Shown here one piece after another: positions 7,801-16,218 of a DNA stretch of 56,957 nt. The position numbers and the translations under genes were made by a program. The stretch is taken from IMG/VR virus record IMGVR_UViG_3300010399_000043, positions 1-56,957 of that record; one strand, 5' to 3'. This DNA comes from a virus. Lineage: Duplodnaviria; Caudoviricetes. The notes beneath the pieces are model-generated. The model did no database searches, was not told the origin of the DNA, and saw only the letters and a program-made list of their open reading frames with translations. Position 1 is the stretch's first letter. Each line of letters begins with the position of its first letter.

Positions 7801-8155
7801 GGGTGATCGCTGCCTCCGCGACCTGTAGGGCGCCGTCGAGAAGCGCCTGGTCGATCAGGTGCGTCCGGCTCGTTGGCATATAGAGCAGGGACAGGGCCAT
7901 GCCGAGCGCCTGGGTGGCGATCAGGCGCTTCTCGTTTGTTACAGCCCACTCCCGGTCACGCTTCTCCTTGTCGATGCCCATGCCGATACCGAGACAGGTC
8001 TGCATACCGGCCTCGGTCAACTGCGTCCAGCCGTTGTAGCGATAGGCGAGCCCGCGGTTGATCAGGTCGTCACGCTGCTGCTTGGACGGCATGTCGCCGC
8101 CCATCGTCGGCCCGTTGAGGAACAGGCATCGTAGGGTGTCGTTCTCGTGATCCAT
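7787..8155 (-). CDS. hypothetical protein
   Basis: ATG at 8155 after GGAGTGAGG; operon context. Confidence 0.65.
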   Translation of the reverse strand: MDHENDTLRCLFLNGPTMGGDMPSKQQRDDLINRGLAYRYNGWTQLTEAGMQTCLGIGMGIDKEKRDREWAVTNEKRLIATQALGMALSLLYMPTSRTHLIDQALLDGALQVAEAAITHAHR

Positions 8156-8162
8156 GAAACCC

Positions 8163-8981
8163 TCACTCCACCGCGGCGAATAGGTGCGTCTGCAGGGACA
8201 GGCGATAGCCGCGTTCCATCGCCAGTACGGCTGCGTACTCGTGGTTCTTTTGGCAGCGCTCCCAGTCAAACAGATCGTACTTATGGGGGTGCCGTGACCA
8301 GAACGAAGCGACCTCACCCTCCATCGGAGCGCGCAGGTAGTGGTTGATCGGCGACACGTAGACGGGTCGGCCCGTCGTCTGCGCGAAGTAGTCGGCAAAG
8401 TCCGGCACCTTGTGGTAGAGCGAGTCGGGATCGGCGTCGACCAGGATCTTGAGGCATGCGGCGGCCAGCAGAGCACGGCCCATCTTCGGGTATTTGCCGT
8501 CCTGTGCAACCTTCGGTGACAGCACGACTGTAAAGTCTTGCCTCCAGTGCGCGGCCAGCATCTCGAGATCTTCCGACCAGAAGTAGCCGTTGGTCTCGAC
8601 CTGCACCTGCCAGCGCTTCTCCAGAAAATAGTTGATCAGTATCGCGGCGCTAGGCTGCATCAAAGGCTCGCCGCCGGTCAGTACCATGAGTCGATCTGTC
8701 GGTGGGCAGTTGGGCCGCAGCTTGCAGCGAGCCCTGTACTCAACCTCATGGTCCAGCATTCGTTCGCCCTTACTGAGGGTGAAGGACGTATCACACCAGG
8801 GGCAGCTCTTCTTGGCACCCAGGTTGCAGCCAGCAAGCCGGACGAACACTGCGGACCGCCCGGCGAATGGTCCTTCGCCTTGAAGCGTCGGAAAGATGCT
8901 GGTGACAAGCACCTGCCCGTTGCCCAAGTGCCTGTAGTCCTTTCGCCGCGCGTTGACGTCGCGATTGATGACAACTGTCAT
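8163..8981 (-). CDS. queE: 7-carboxy-7-deazaguanine synthase (radical SAM)
   Basis: SIFPTLQGEG...FVRLAGCNL...CPWCDT, LTGGEP, VETNG, VLSPK and terminal LSLQTH motifs. Confidence 0.88.
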   Translation of the reverse strand: MTVVINRDVNARRKDYRHLGNGQVLVTSIFPTLQGEGPFAGRSAVFVRLAGCNLGAKKSCPWCDTSFTLSKGERMLDHEVEYRARCKLRPNCPPTDRLMVLTGGEPLMQPSAAILINYFLEKRWQVQVETNGYFWSEDLEMLAAHWRQDFTVVLSPKVAQDGKYPKMGRALLAAACLKILVDADPDSLYHKVPDFADYFAQTTGRPVYVSPINHYLRAPMEGEVASFWSRHPHKYDLFDWERCQKNHEYAAVLAMERGYRLSLQTHLFAAVE

Positions 8982-9205
8982 GACCAGAAAAGACCTTTCA
9001 TCAGCTTAGACACGGTTGTGCCGAGCGCGCCGGCGATCGTCGGCAGCTGGTGGATCATGATCCGCTGGCGACCCGCCTCGACGTTGGTGACAGTGACCCT
9101 GTGCAGGTTGAGCTTCGCGGCGAGATCAGCCTGGGTCATACAGATCTTCTCACGGCGCTTGCGGATCCGCGCGGCGAGCTCTAGGTAGATCGGTTCGATG
9201 CTCAT
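8978..9205 (-). CDS. XRE-family HTH regulator
   Basis: IRKRRE..MTQADLA...RVTVTNVEAGRQ. Confidence 0.9.
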   Translation of the reverse strand: MSIEPIYLELAARIRKRREKICMTQADLAAKLNLHRVTVTNVEAGRQRIMIHQLPTIAGALGTTVSKLMKGLFWS

Positions 9206-9420
9206 GACCCCTCCTTCGGCAGATGTCGCGGATCGCGGTACTCGACCACCGCCTCGCGCAGCTCCATTACGTTGTAAGCCAAACTAGATACGCGGACCAC
9301 AGCGAGAATCTGGTCGAAGAACGGGTTGGTGTCGTTGACCTCGTGTGTCTCGAAGGGCTTGAACTCGACACCGTTGCCCAGGTCAAATACCGGGCCGTAG
9401 ATGCGTAGGATCTTCTTCAC
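9202..9420 (-). CDS. hypothetical protein
   Basis: GTG start after GAAGGAGAG; 4-bp overlaps with neighbours. Confidence 0.6.
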   Translation of the reverse strand: MKKILRIYGPVFDLGNGVEFKPFETHEVNDTNPFFDQILAVVRVSSLAYNVMELREAVVEYRDPRHLPKEGS

Positions 9421-9803
9421 GGTCTCTCCTTCAGCCCGACCAGGATCGAGGGAGGCAGCGGGATGCTGCCGTCCGCGCGCGACCATAGGTGCAGACAGTT
9501 CGGATGATTGTTGACGTACTCGGATCGCGGCGGGTGGAACTGTACAACCAGCTCCTCCTCAGACCAGAACAGATTCTTGACCCAGCACATGTCGGCCCAG
9601 CTTGGGCAGGCGTGCTGCGCGCTGACCGAGACGTGTTCCCAGCCGGCAGACACCTCGGTTACAGCGAAGCCGGACGAGATAACATGCAGGAGGTGCTTCG
9701 GCCCGCGCAGCCGGAAGGTCCCGCACATGAGGCCCCGCGGGCTTGCTATCTCACCCGATCTGATCCGGCCTGCTTCCAGTAGCGCCGGCGGCTTGTCTCG
9801 CAT
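9417..9803 (-). CDS. conserved phage hypothetical protein
   Basis: GWEHVSVS...PSWADMCWVK...QFHPP..EYVNNHPNCLHLW motif that I recognise as common in phages. Confidence 0.75.
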   Translation of the reverse strand: MRDKPPALLEAGRIRSGEIASPRGLMCGTFRLRGPKHLLHVISSGFAVTEVSAGWEHVSVSAQHACPSWADMCWVKNLFWSEEELVVQFHPPRSEYVNNHPNCLHLWSRADGSIPLPPSILVGLKERP

Positions 9804-10119
9804 CTGGTAATCCCTTCTGACAATTCGACATACCGTCAGTTCGAGGGTGAGGTCGGTACCGCCGTCTTTGGTAGATGCGGAGTACCCGCGATCTTCGCTC
9901 GGTTGTTAACACCTGCAGTTCTGCCCGGATCTTGGCTATCCTGATCAGCAGGCCGCCGCGGTACTCTGCCTTGCGTATCGACCTGCGTAGGCATCTTTGT
10001 TTGTACTGCAGATCGGCCAGCAGCGCGCGCAGCTCGTCGATGTCCTTCTCGAGGACGCTCACCACCCGCAGCTCGCTGGGCGTTGCATGGCTCTTCCAGG
10101 TGGTCAGGTGGCGGGACAA
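9751..10119 (-). CDS. hypothetical coiled-coil protein
   Basis: ORF in operon; start uncertain. Confidence 0.5.
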   Translation of the reverse strand: MSRHLTTWKSHATPSELRVVSVLEKDIDELRALLADLQYKQRCLRRSIRKAEYRGGLLIRIAKIRAELQVLTTERRSRVLRIYQRRRYRPHPRTDGMSNCQKGLPDARQAAGATGSRPDQIG

Positions 10120-10122
10120 CCT

Positions 10123-10626
10123 TCAAGCACTCCTGTCCTGCGAGCGCGCGAGCTTGTGCAGCAGCCCGGCACCGATGTAGCCTGGAAATGATCGATCGAC
10201 AACACCAGGTATCCTGTGCACTTGCCGCATCATGGTGCGGGACCCGACAGGCAGGGACAGCTCCTCCATGTTCTGACGCAGGAGCCTGATACCGAGCGTC
10301 AGGACCACCTGAAACTGCGTGCGCGTCATGCCGGCCTGCGTATCGCGGAGCGCTGCGCAGACGTAGCGCACCTTGTTTGTGAACTCGCGGTACTCGCGGC
10401 CGGCCCGTAGGACAGAGGCCGGCGTCCTGTCGACGTCGCGGCACACGTCGACGATGCACGACAGGATCAGTGCGTCGTCGCCTGTGTCGACCTGCACCGC
10501 CGAGGCAACCGTAGTTCCAGGAACAGCACCGCCGAGCGCGGCGAGCGCTGCCGACCGCCGCCGCACGACCTCGCACTCGTCTGCTGTCAGCAGGGCCAGT
10601 GCGTCCAGCACCTGCTGCAGGTTCAC
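10123..10626 (-). CDS. hypothetical protein
   Basis: ORF with 4-bp overlap to the upstream gene. Confidence 0.7.
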   Translation of the reverse strand: MNLQQVLDALALLTADECEVVRRRSAALAALGGAVPGTTVASAVQVDTGDDALILSCIVDVCRDVDRTPASVLRAGREYREFTNKVRYVCAALRDTQAGMTRTQFQVVLTLGIRLLRQNMEELSLPVGSRTMMRQVHRIPGVVDRSFPGYIGAGLLHKLARSQDRSA

Positions 10627-11027
10627 GCCGACACCCCGGCGAGCTTCGCGGCGACGTCCCGGAGCGACGCGACAAGATCGTGGTCGTCGCGGATCGTGGC
10701 CAGATGCGCGAGAAGCTGACGCATGGCGGTACTGCTGGTCGCGAGGTCGACGATCCAGTCAGTGGGTGCAACCAGCCCACCGTTGCCCGGCACGTCAACG
10801 TCGGAGAACAGCTTGTTGACGTCGCACTTGAACACCTCGGCGATCTGGGTCAGTCGGGAGCCGGCGAGGCGGTTGGTGCCCTTCTCGTACTTCTGGATCT
10901 GCTGGAAGGTCACACCCAGCATCTCGCCGAGTGTCGTCTGTGACATGCTCGCCTGCTGCCGCATCAGTCGCACCCGCCTGCCGATCGCGACGTCGACCGG
11001 GCTAGGTTGCCTGCTCTTCTTTGTCAT
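10623..11027 (-). CDS. XRE-family HTH regulator (alphaproteobacterial type)
   Basis: PSPVDVAIGRRVRLMR...MSQTTLG..LGVTFQQIQKYEKGTNRL. Confidence 0.92.
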   Translation of the reverse strand: MTKKSRQPSPVDVAIGRRVRLMRQQASMSQTTLGEMLGVTFQQIQKYEKGTNRLAGSRLTQIAEVFKCDVNKLFSDVDVPGNGGLVAPTDWIVDLATSSTAMRQLLAHLATIRDDHDLVASLRDVAAKLAGVSA

Positions 11028-11033
11028 GGTCTT

Positions 11034-11774
11034 TCAACTCCTGTTGGATGTAATCTCAGATCGCATCGATGACATTACCACGGCGGATCGCGACGATCCC
11101 GCCCAGCCGCGTCTACGCTTGGACTTGGCCGCTGTTCTCCAATAACTTAAGTCAGGAAATCGTGCTGCCCGCCTAGTTGCAAGTTCGGGATTTGAGAAGT
11201 TGGGTAGACTCTTAAATCGGCTCCATGTACTGACTTGTGCACCGGCTTTTTGACGCCAGTCAGTCTCATCTCGGTTTAGTTTACCCATGTTGCAGGCTGC
11301 GCACAGAACCTGCACGTTCTCCGGGTCAAGGCGTAGTTCCCAGTACCTGGATACTGGTTTGATGTGATCGACCTGGATATGCTTTTTGGATCCGCAGGCT
11401 TGGCAGGATGGCCCGTATCGCACTAAAGTATCGTAGCGTAACTTTTTCCACGAAAGGCTGGCAAAAAAGCCGCGCTTATCCTCTGCGCGTGTTCGGGGCA
11501 AAACAGGGATCCCTTCTCGGATCCTTTTTGAAATTCTCGATAACGGTATCAAACGTAATGTAAGAGCAGCGACAATGACCCGAGTGCGCAGTGAGGAATA
11601 AGGAGTGCCTGGATCAGGTGGTGTGATCTTTGCCAAGGACTCTAGCGGCAGGACCATCTCTTGGTAGGAAGAGTTCTTGATTGATATACCTTTAGCCTGA
11701 AGATAGTCGTTGCAAGCAGTAGTTAGCATAGTTATGAATCGTTGGTGCCTTTGTCTTCTTGACTTCCTACTCAT
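11034..11774 (-). CDS. HNH endonuclease
   Basis: CQACG...VDHIKP...ENVQVLCAACNMGK; visibly lower GC than flanks. Confidence 0.88.
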   Translation of the reverse strand: MSRKSRRQRHQRFITMLTTACNDYLQAKGISIKNSSYQEMVLPLESLAKITPPDPGTPYSSLRTRVIVAALTLRLIPLSRISKRIREGIPVLPRTRAEDKRGFFASLSWKKLRYDTLVRYGPSCQACGSKKHIQVDHIKPVSRYWELRLDPENVQVLCAACNMGKLNRDETDWRQKAGAQVSTWSRFKSLPNFSNPELATRRAARFPDLSYWRTAAKSKRRRGWAGSSRSAVVMSSMRSEITSNRS

Positions 11775-11805
11775 GTTTGACCTTTCGGTTCTTGAGCTTG
11801 AGGTA

Positions 11806-11833
11806 CAAAACCCCCATTCGTGAGAATGGGGGG
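11806..11833 (-). terminator. terminator-like hairpin ~35 nt upstream of the HNH start
   Basis: CCCCCAUUC(UCAC)GAAUGGGGG followed by UUUUG; the U tract is short. Confidence 0.45.
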
Positions 11834-12120
11834 TTGACCTTTTCGGCCTGTCACTCTCGGTGAACTCGCGAAACTTTTAACAGCGCTTTGCTGTGCGTCA
11901 GGACCTTCCGCGTTCAACCGGTCCTAGGCTATCGACGCTCCCAACCTGTAGCCTTTTACTCGGGCAGAGCCAGCTGAGACCAATCGGGACTGTCAGGTCG
12001 GCCCGGTCCTCTCTCTTCTGCGCTCAGTCACTGAGGGTTTCGAGAGAAGAGACCGGTGCCCTCCGGCTTGTTCCCCCGCGGTCATGTTCCCGCGGCACGT
12101 CCCCTATGGTCGGGGCTGGC
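11806..12120 (-). ncRNA. candidate structured non-coding/leader RNA
   Basis: About nine consecutive hairpins in an ORF-poor gap, ending in the terminator-like stem; strand inferred from the downstream gene and U tract. Confidence 0.45.
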
Positions 12121-12234
12121 TATGTGATATTCTCGCAACCTATTGCATACCACGCTGGCGAGCACCGCGAAAATGTGTTATGCGGGGTATGTCAGGGCTA
12201 TGCGTTGCACTAGGCACAAGAGAGGTCGGCAAAG

Positions 12235-12468
12235 ATGCGGGGCAGCGCCACGCTGCAAAGGAAGACCCAGGAGCTGTGGACGACCAGGGATCTGGCCGTG
12301 CTCTTCAACCGTACTCCCATGACGATCTACCTGTGGCGGCGCGATCGCGGGTTGCCGGCCGTCGTGATCAAAGGTGCCGCGCGGCCGGCGGTGCGCTTCA
12401 TCCCCGCGGACGTCAGGGCCTGGGCCTCACGCAACGGTTACCGCATGCGCAAGGAGGCGATGGCGTGA
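12235..12468 (+). CDS. AlpA/excisionase-like HTH DNA-binding protein
   Basis: LWTTRDLAVLFNRTPMTIYLWRRDRGLP...VRF...VRAW. Confidence 0.75.
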   Translation: MRGSATLQRKTQELWTTRDLAVLFNRTPMTIYLWRRDRGLPAVVIKGAARPAVRFIPADVRAWASRNGYRMRKEAMA

Positions 12469-13754
12469 CGAACTCAGTTCTATTGCAGCGTGACCCGGGC
12501 TTTCCACCTGTTCAGGCCCGGCACGGTGGTGGGTCGTGGATCAACGGTACGTACTTCGACCTGTCCTCAGGTGCTGGCGTCGCCTGCCTGGGTCTAGGTC
12601 ACCCCGAGATCGCACGCAGCATGGCCTCGTGGTCGCGTGAGCTCGGTTATGCGCATGCTGCGCAGTGCTTCACCTCGGCCGCCGCGCTCTTGGCTGAGGA
12701 TCTGTTGTCCAATCTGGGTCCGGCCTTCGTCGGCGGTGGGGTCACTTTCTTTTCGGGTGGGGCGGAGGCCGTCGAGGCGGCCTGCAAGCTGGCAACCCAG
12801 TACCTGCACCTGACGATGTCGGGTATCGGGCGGGTTCGCTACGTCGGGCGTCAGTACTCCTATCACGGCGCGTCCTTGTTCACGCTAGCGCTCGGTGATC
12901 ACCCGCGCAAGTGGGCCGTCGCGGCCGAGATCTCCGGTATCGACGTCGGTCGGTTCATGGCCTATTCGCCGCACCCGGGTACGCCAGTTGGCGAGCGTGA
13001 TCTGTATCGAAGCTCTGCCCTAAATTCGCTGTCATACCAACTGCAGACTGGCCAGCGCTCGGTCGTGGTCGCTGAACCGGTCGGGGGAACAGCGATCGGC
13101 ATCTCTGCGCCGGACAAGAGGTACCTGGTTGGTCTTGCTGACACCTGCCGGGAGGCCGGGGCGGTGCTGATCTACGACGAGATCCTGTGCGGCAACTGGC
13201 GCACCGGCAGCATGTTCGCGCACCGTGCGCTCGGCGGTGACGAGGCGGACCCGGACATAGTGGTCACCGGCAAGGGTCTCACCGGCGGTTACTTCCCGCT
13301 CTCTGCTGTTTGCCTGTCAGAACGCCTCACCGCGGCCTTGCGCGACCATCGCCTGGGTCATACTAGTACCAATCAGAACCACCCGGTAGGCTGCGGGGTG
13401 GCGCTTACAACTCAGTCCCTTTATCGGCAGGCGAAGATGGGGGGCTGTATAGGCGCGTTGATGGATCATCTCGATCAGAAGGCGCCTGAGTTGCGCAAGG
13501 CAACCGGGATCAGCGCCGTTACCGGGCTCGGTCTACTGCGGGGCATCCATCTTGATCCGACGGTGCCCGGGTTGCATATGGTGGCGCGCGCCGCCCTGCG
13601 AAAGCGCGGGATCATGGCCTACACCGAGGGTGGTACGGTCGAGGGACAGGGTAACTTTATTTTGCTGGCGCCGCCGTATTGCACGATGGTTAGCGAGCTG
13701 GATTCAGTCCTCGATACGGTTACTGAGGTCATCTCCGAGCTCCCCGGGCTTTGA
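12465..13754 (+). CDS. class-III PLP-dependent aminotransferase
   Basis: YFDLSSG..VACLGLGHP, SGGAEAVEAA, SYHG, YDEILCG.WRTG, PDIVVTGKGLTGGYFPLSA; GTG start overlaps the upstream stop. Confidence 0.9.
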   Translation: MTNSVLLQRDPGFPPVQARHGGGSWINGTYFDLSSGAGVACLGLGHPEIARSMASWSRELGYAHAAQCFTSAAALLAEDLLSNLGPAFVGGGVTFFSGGAEAVEAACKLATQYLHLTMSGIGRVRYVGRQYSYHGASLFTLALGDHPRKWAVAAEISGIDVGRFMAYSPHPGTPVGERDLYRSSALNSLSYQLQTGQRSVVVAEPVGGTAIGISAPDKRYLVGLADTCREAGAVLIYDEILCGNWRTGSMFAHRALGGDEADPDIVVTGKGLTGGYFPLSAVCLSERLTAALRDHRLGHTSTNQNHPVGCGVALTTQSLYRQAKMGGCIGALMDHLDQKAPELRKATGISAVTGLGLLRGIHLDPTVPGLHMVARAALRKRGIMAYTEGGTVEGQGNFILLAPPYCTMVSELDSVLDTVTEVISELPGL

Positions 13755-13779
13755 CAAGCGGGATCTGTTGACCTAACAT
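13751..13779 (+). promoter_or_regulatory. sigma70-type promoter (probably leaderless mRNA for the NusG paralog)
   Basis: TTGACA (13751-13756), 17-nt spacer, TAACAT (13774-13779); ATG at 13788 with no RBS. Confidence 0.65.
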
Positions 13780-13787
13780 CCGCGCTC

Positions 13788-14264
13788 ATGGGTAGCACGG
13801 GTCAGTGGATTCTTGTACGGAGTCAGCCAAAGAGAGAGGCTTGGGCCGCCACCAACTGTGTGAGGCAGGGATACGAGGTCTACTTCCCTCGATGCCAGCG
13901 TATCCGCGGCACAAGGCCCCTGGGCCGACCGATCGCTCTCTTCCCCACCTACATTTTTGTTCGTACCCCCGGTCAGTGGTACTTTTTGCGCGGGACCTTC
14001 GGCGTCGCGGGGCCGGTGCTCTGCGGCGAGTCGCCGATCGTGGTTCCGGAGCACTTGGTGACCGAGCTTCGCTCGCGTGAGGGTGAAGACAAGATCATGT
14101 GGCTGCATATCGACCCGGTACCTGGTCAGGCCGTGCGCATCACCTCAGGTCCTATGAAGGATCAGGTTGGGGTTCATGCTGGCATGTCAGGTCGGCAGCG
14201 TGTACGTGTACTTTTTGATCGATTGGCGGTAACCGTCAATCGGGGAGATCTCGTGGCCGCCTGA
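13788..14264 (+). CDS. NusG/RfaH-family transcription antiterminator
   Basis: NGN domain WILVRSQPKRE...GYEVYFP...LFPTYIFV; KOW motif GQAVRITSGPM. Confidence 0.9.
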   Translation: MGSTGQWILVRSQPKREAWAATNCVRQGYEVYFPRCQRIRGTRPLGRPIALFPTYIFVRTPGQWYFLRGTFGVAGPVLCGESPIVVPEHLVTELRSREGEDKIMWLHIDPVPGQAVRITSGPMKDQVGVHAGMSGRQRVRVLFDRLAVTVNRGDLVAA

Positions 14265-14297
14265 GTACGGGCCGTCCCGAGGTATGTTCCTGTGAAG

Positions 14298-14330
14298 GCC
14301 GCCTCCCGGGTAACCGGGGGTGCGGTAGCA
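14298..14330 (+). promoter_or_regulatory. GNRA-tetraloop hairpin plus ops-like GCGGTAGC
   Basis: CTCCCGG(GTAA)CCGGGGG followed by GCGGTAGC at 14322-14329, between the nusG-like gene and the late operon. Confidence 0.55.
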
Positions 14331-14349
14331 CAAAAAGAGACCCTTTCAG

Positions 14350-14617
14350 ATGACACGCCTCCTTCGCAACCAGCGTGACGGCAAAGGCAAGTACCGCGTA
14401 TACGACAATCGCAAGGAGCGGTGGGTCGAGGGTGACGAGCCCGGTGGTCGCAACGAGCACTTCGTGATTATGCTCAAGGACAACTACGCGCGGGCTGCAC
14501 TGACGGCCTACGCCGCGGCCGGGGGCCGAGTCCGGAGATGCCGAGTACGCCAAGGACGTGCAGGAGCTGGCGAATCGCGCCGGCCCGCTGCACCCGGCCT
14601 GCAAGGTCCCCGATTGA
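14350..14617 (+). pseudogene. phage protein with apparent frameshift in a G5 run (or sequencing error)
   Basis: Removing one G at 14521-14525 joins ...AALTAYAAAG to AESGDAEYAKDVQELANRAGPLHPACKVPD*, whose stop overlaps the next ATG (TGATG). Confidence 0.6.
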
Positions 14618-14874
14618 TGGATTTCAAACGCAGGTCAGCACCCACTGCGCCGCCCGAGTCACGCATGACCTGGCGCTGCGTACCTTGCGAGGCATCGGTA
14701 CTAGCGCATCACGAGCATTGCCCTCGCTGCGGACGCGACAGACCGGTACAGCAGCAGGTCCCCCGGCACGGGTCGGTACCACCTCTTCGCACGACCCTGA
14801 TCGATCCGGTTCTGCTGGACATCCTGAGACCAGCACTTGGTGGTCCTCTTTTTCGTAGAAGGTTGTGGTGGTGA
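14617..14874 (+). CDS. RanBP2-like zinc finger protein
   Basis: WRCVPC...CPRCGRDRP; TGATG coupling. Confidence 0.55.
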   Translation: MDFKRRSAPTAPPESRMTWRCVPCEASVLAHHEHCPRCGRDRPVQQQVPRHGSVPPLRTTLIDPVLLDILRPALGGPLFRRRLWW

Positions 14875-15587
14875 ACCGCCGCGAGTTCATTGCTGGTTCC
14901 TCTGCCACCGCCCTGGTGGCTTTGTCGGTGGGTGGTGAGCCCCTCCTCCCCCATCTCCCTGCCCCCGACCACTTCCCACCACCCGGAACCGCGGCCGTCC
15001 CTACTGCCCGGCGATCCGGGTGGTGGGGTTTTGAGGGTGAGTCGTGCTGGCAGGGTCCTTTTGAGAGCCGCGAGGAGGCGCAGGCAGCGGCGCTGGAGGA
15101 GCTTGGTGAACCCGCCGCAACCGCCTGGTGCGTGCCGCGCGAGATGTGCATACCTGACGATATGGCTGACGACGTCGCTACCTGGCTCGCCGATGACAGT
15201 GCGCGATGCGGTCTTGACATGCACTTGGTCTGGGTGCTGGAGGGTGCGAACTCTGACAGCGATTTCGACGGTGAGGTTTTCGACGCGCTCTGGGTACAGG
15301 CCAGTTGCGCGCACATGGAAAAGTTGCTGTGCAAGGCTGTGGCCGAGGCCTGTCGTCGACACGGGCGCGACGATGTCGCGGTGCGGGTTTTCACCTGGTC
15401 GGCGCAGTCAGAGGCCCTGTGCCCGGACGATGCAGATGTTTCATTCCTCGATGCCCTCGGTGACGATGCCGATCTTTCGCAGCGCCTGCACGATATCGTC
15501 TCGGCTTGGGTGGTTGCGCAGGGTATCGCTGACGCTCCATGTGTAGTTGATCTTGAGGATCTGGAATCCCCACCCGCCGCGGTATGA
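14865..15587 (+). CDS. hypothetical protein with twin-arginine-like N-terminus
   Basis: NRREFIAGSSATALVALSVG. Confidence 0.65.
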   Translation: MVVNRREFIAGSSATALVALSVGGEPLLPHLPAPDHFPPPGTAAVPTARRSGWWGFEGESCWQGPFESREEAQAAALEELGEPAATAWCVPREMCIPDDMADDVATWLADDSARCGLDMHLVWVLEGANSDSDFDGEVFDALWVQASCAHMEKLLCKAVAEACRRHGRDDVAVRVFTWSAQSEALCPDDADVSFLDALGDDADLSQRLHDIVSAWVVAQGIADAPCVVDLEDLESPPAAV

Positions 15588-15639
15588 CAGCATCAAAGAG
15601 AGGCCCTGCTCTTGGGGTTCTCGTTTTTGGTGTTGGCGC

Positions 15640-16218
15640 ATGACTCCGGAACAGATCACCACGCTAATCTCTCAGTTGGCTATCTTGTCTGACGTAGTGT
15701 CGCGGGATTGCCACTCCGCCCTGAAGATCCAGAAAACACAGATGCAGATCCTGCAAGCACGCGCCCAGCTCAAGGAGGTTGAGGCGGCGGCCATGCAGGG
15801 CATCGCGGAGAAGGTCACCAACTTCGCGGCCAACCTGGTCTCGGTCATCAGGATGTACGAGGCTTGGGAGGCCTCCCTGGTTCTCGACGGGTCCGCCTGG
15901 GACACGAAGGACGGCAGGCCGCACCTGACCGAGCCGCTCTACGAGCACTGGATGCGGATCCAGAAAGAGCGCAACCAGGTGCTGTCGAACGCCGATAGCG
16001 TCCTGTATCGGCCTATGTCCGAGGCGCCGAAGGATGGTACCCCGGTGCTGCTCAAGCTCCGCGAGGGGGACGTCCCGGATCACTGGAAGGGCGTGGTGTT
16101 CGTCGGTCGCAACCCCGGCCTGATGGACGACGGCAAGGACCTCGGCTGGAACGTGGCGGCCCCTGTCGGTCACGGGGGCTTTCGCGACGATCAGTTTGTC
16201 GGCTGGAGGCCGGTCTGA
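15640..16218 (+). CDS. hypothetical protein, C-terminal DUF551-like motif
   Basis: YRPMSEAPKDGTPVLL...GWRP. Confidence 0.65.
   Translation: MTPEQITTLISQLAILSDVVSRDCHSALKIQKTQMQILQARAQLKEVEAAAMQGIAEKVTNFAANLVSVIRMYEAWEASLVLDGSAWDTKDGRPHLTEPLYEHWMRIQKERNQVLSNADSVLYRPMSEAPKDGTPVLLKLREGDVPDHWKGVVFVGRNPGLMDDGKDLGWNVAAPVGHGGFRDDQFVGWRPV

Noticed and set aside
11034-12120. IscB/HEARO element or group I intron
   Set aside because: No RuvC or PLMP motifs, no interrupted host gene, and no recognisable intron core; kept only as an unclassified structured RNA candidate
12084-12464. N-terminal 127 aa of the 556-aa aminotransferase ORF call
   Set aside because: Overlaps the better-supported HTH gene; the likely start is GTG at 12465 after AAGGAGG
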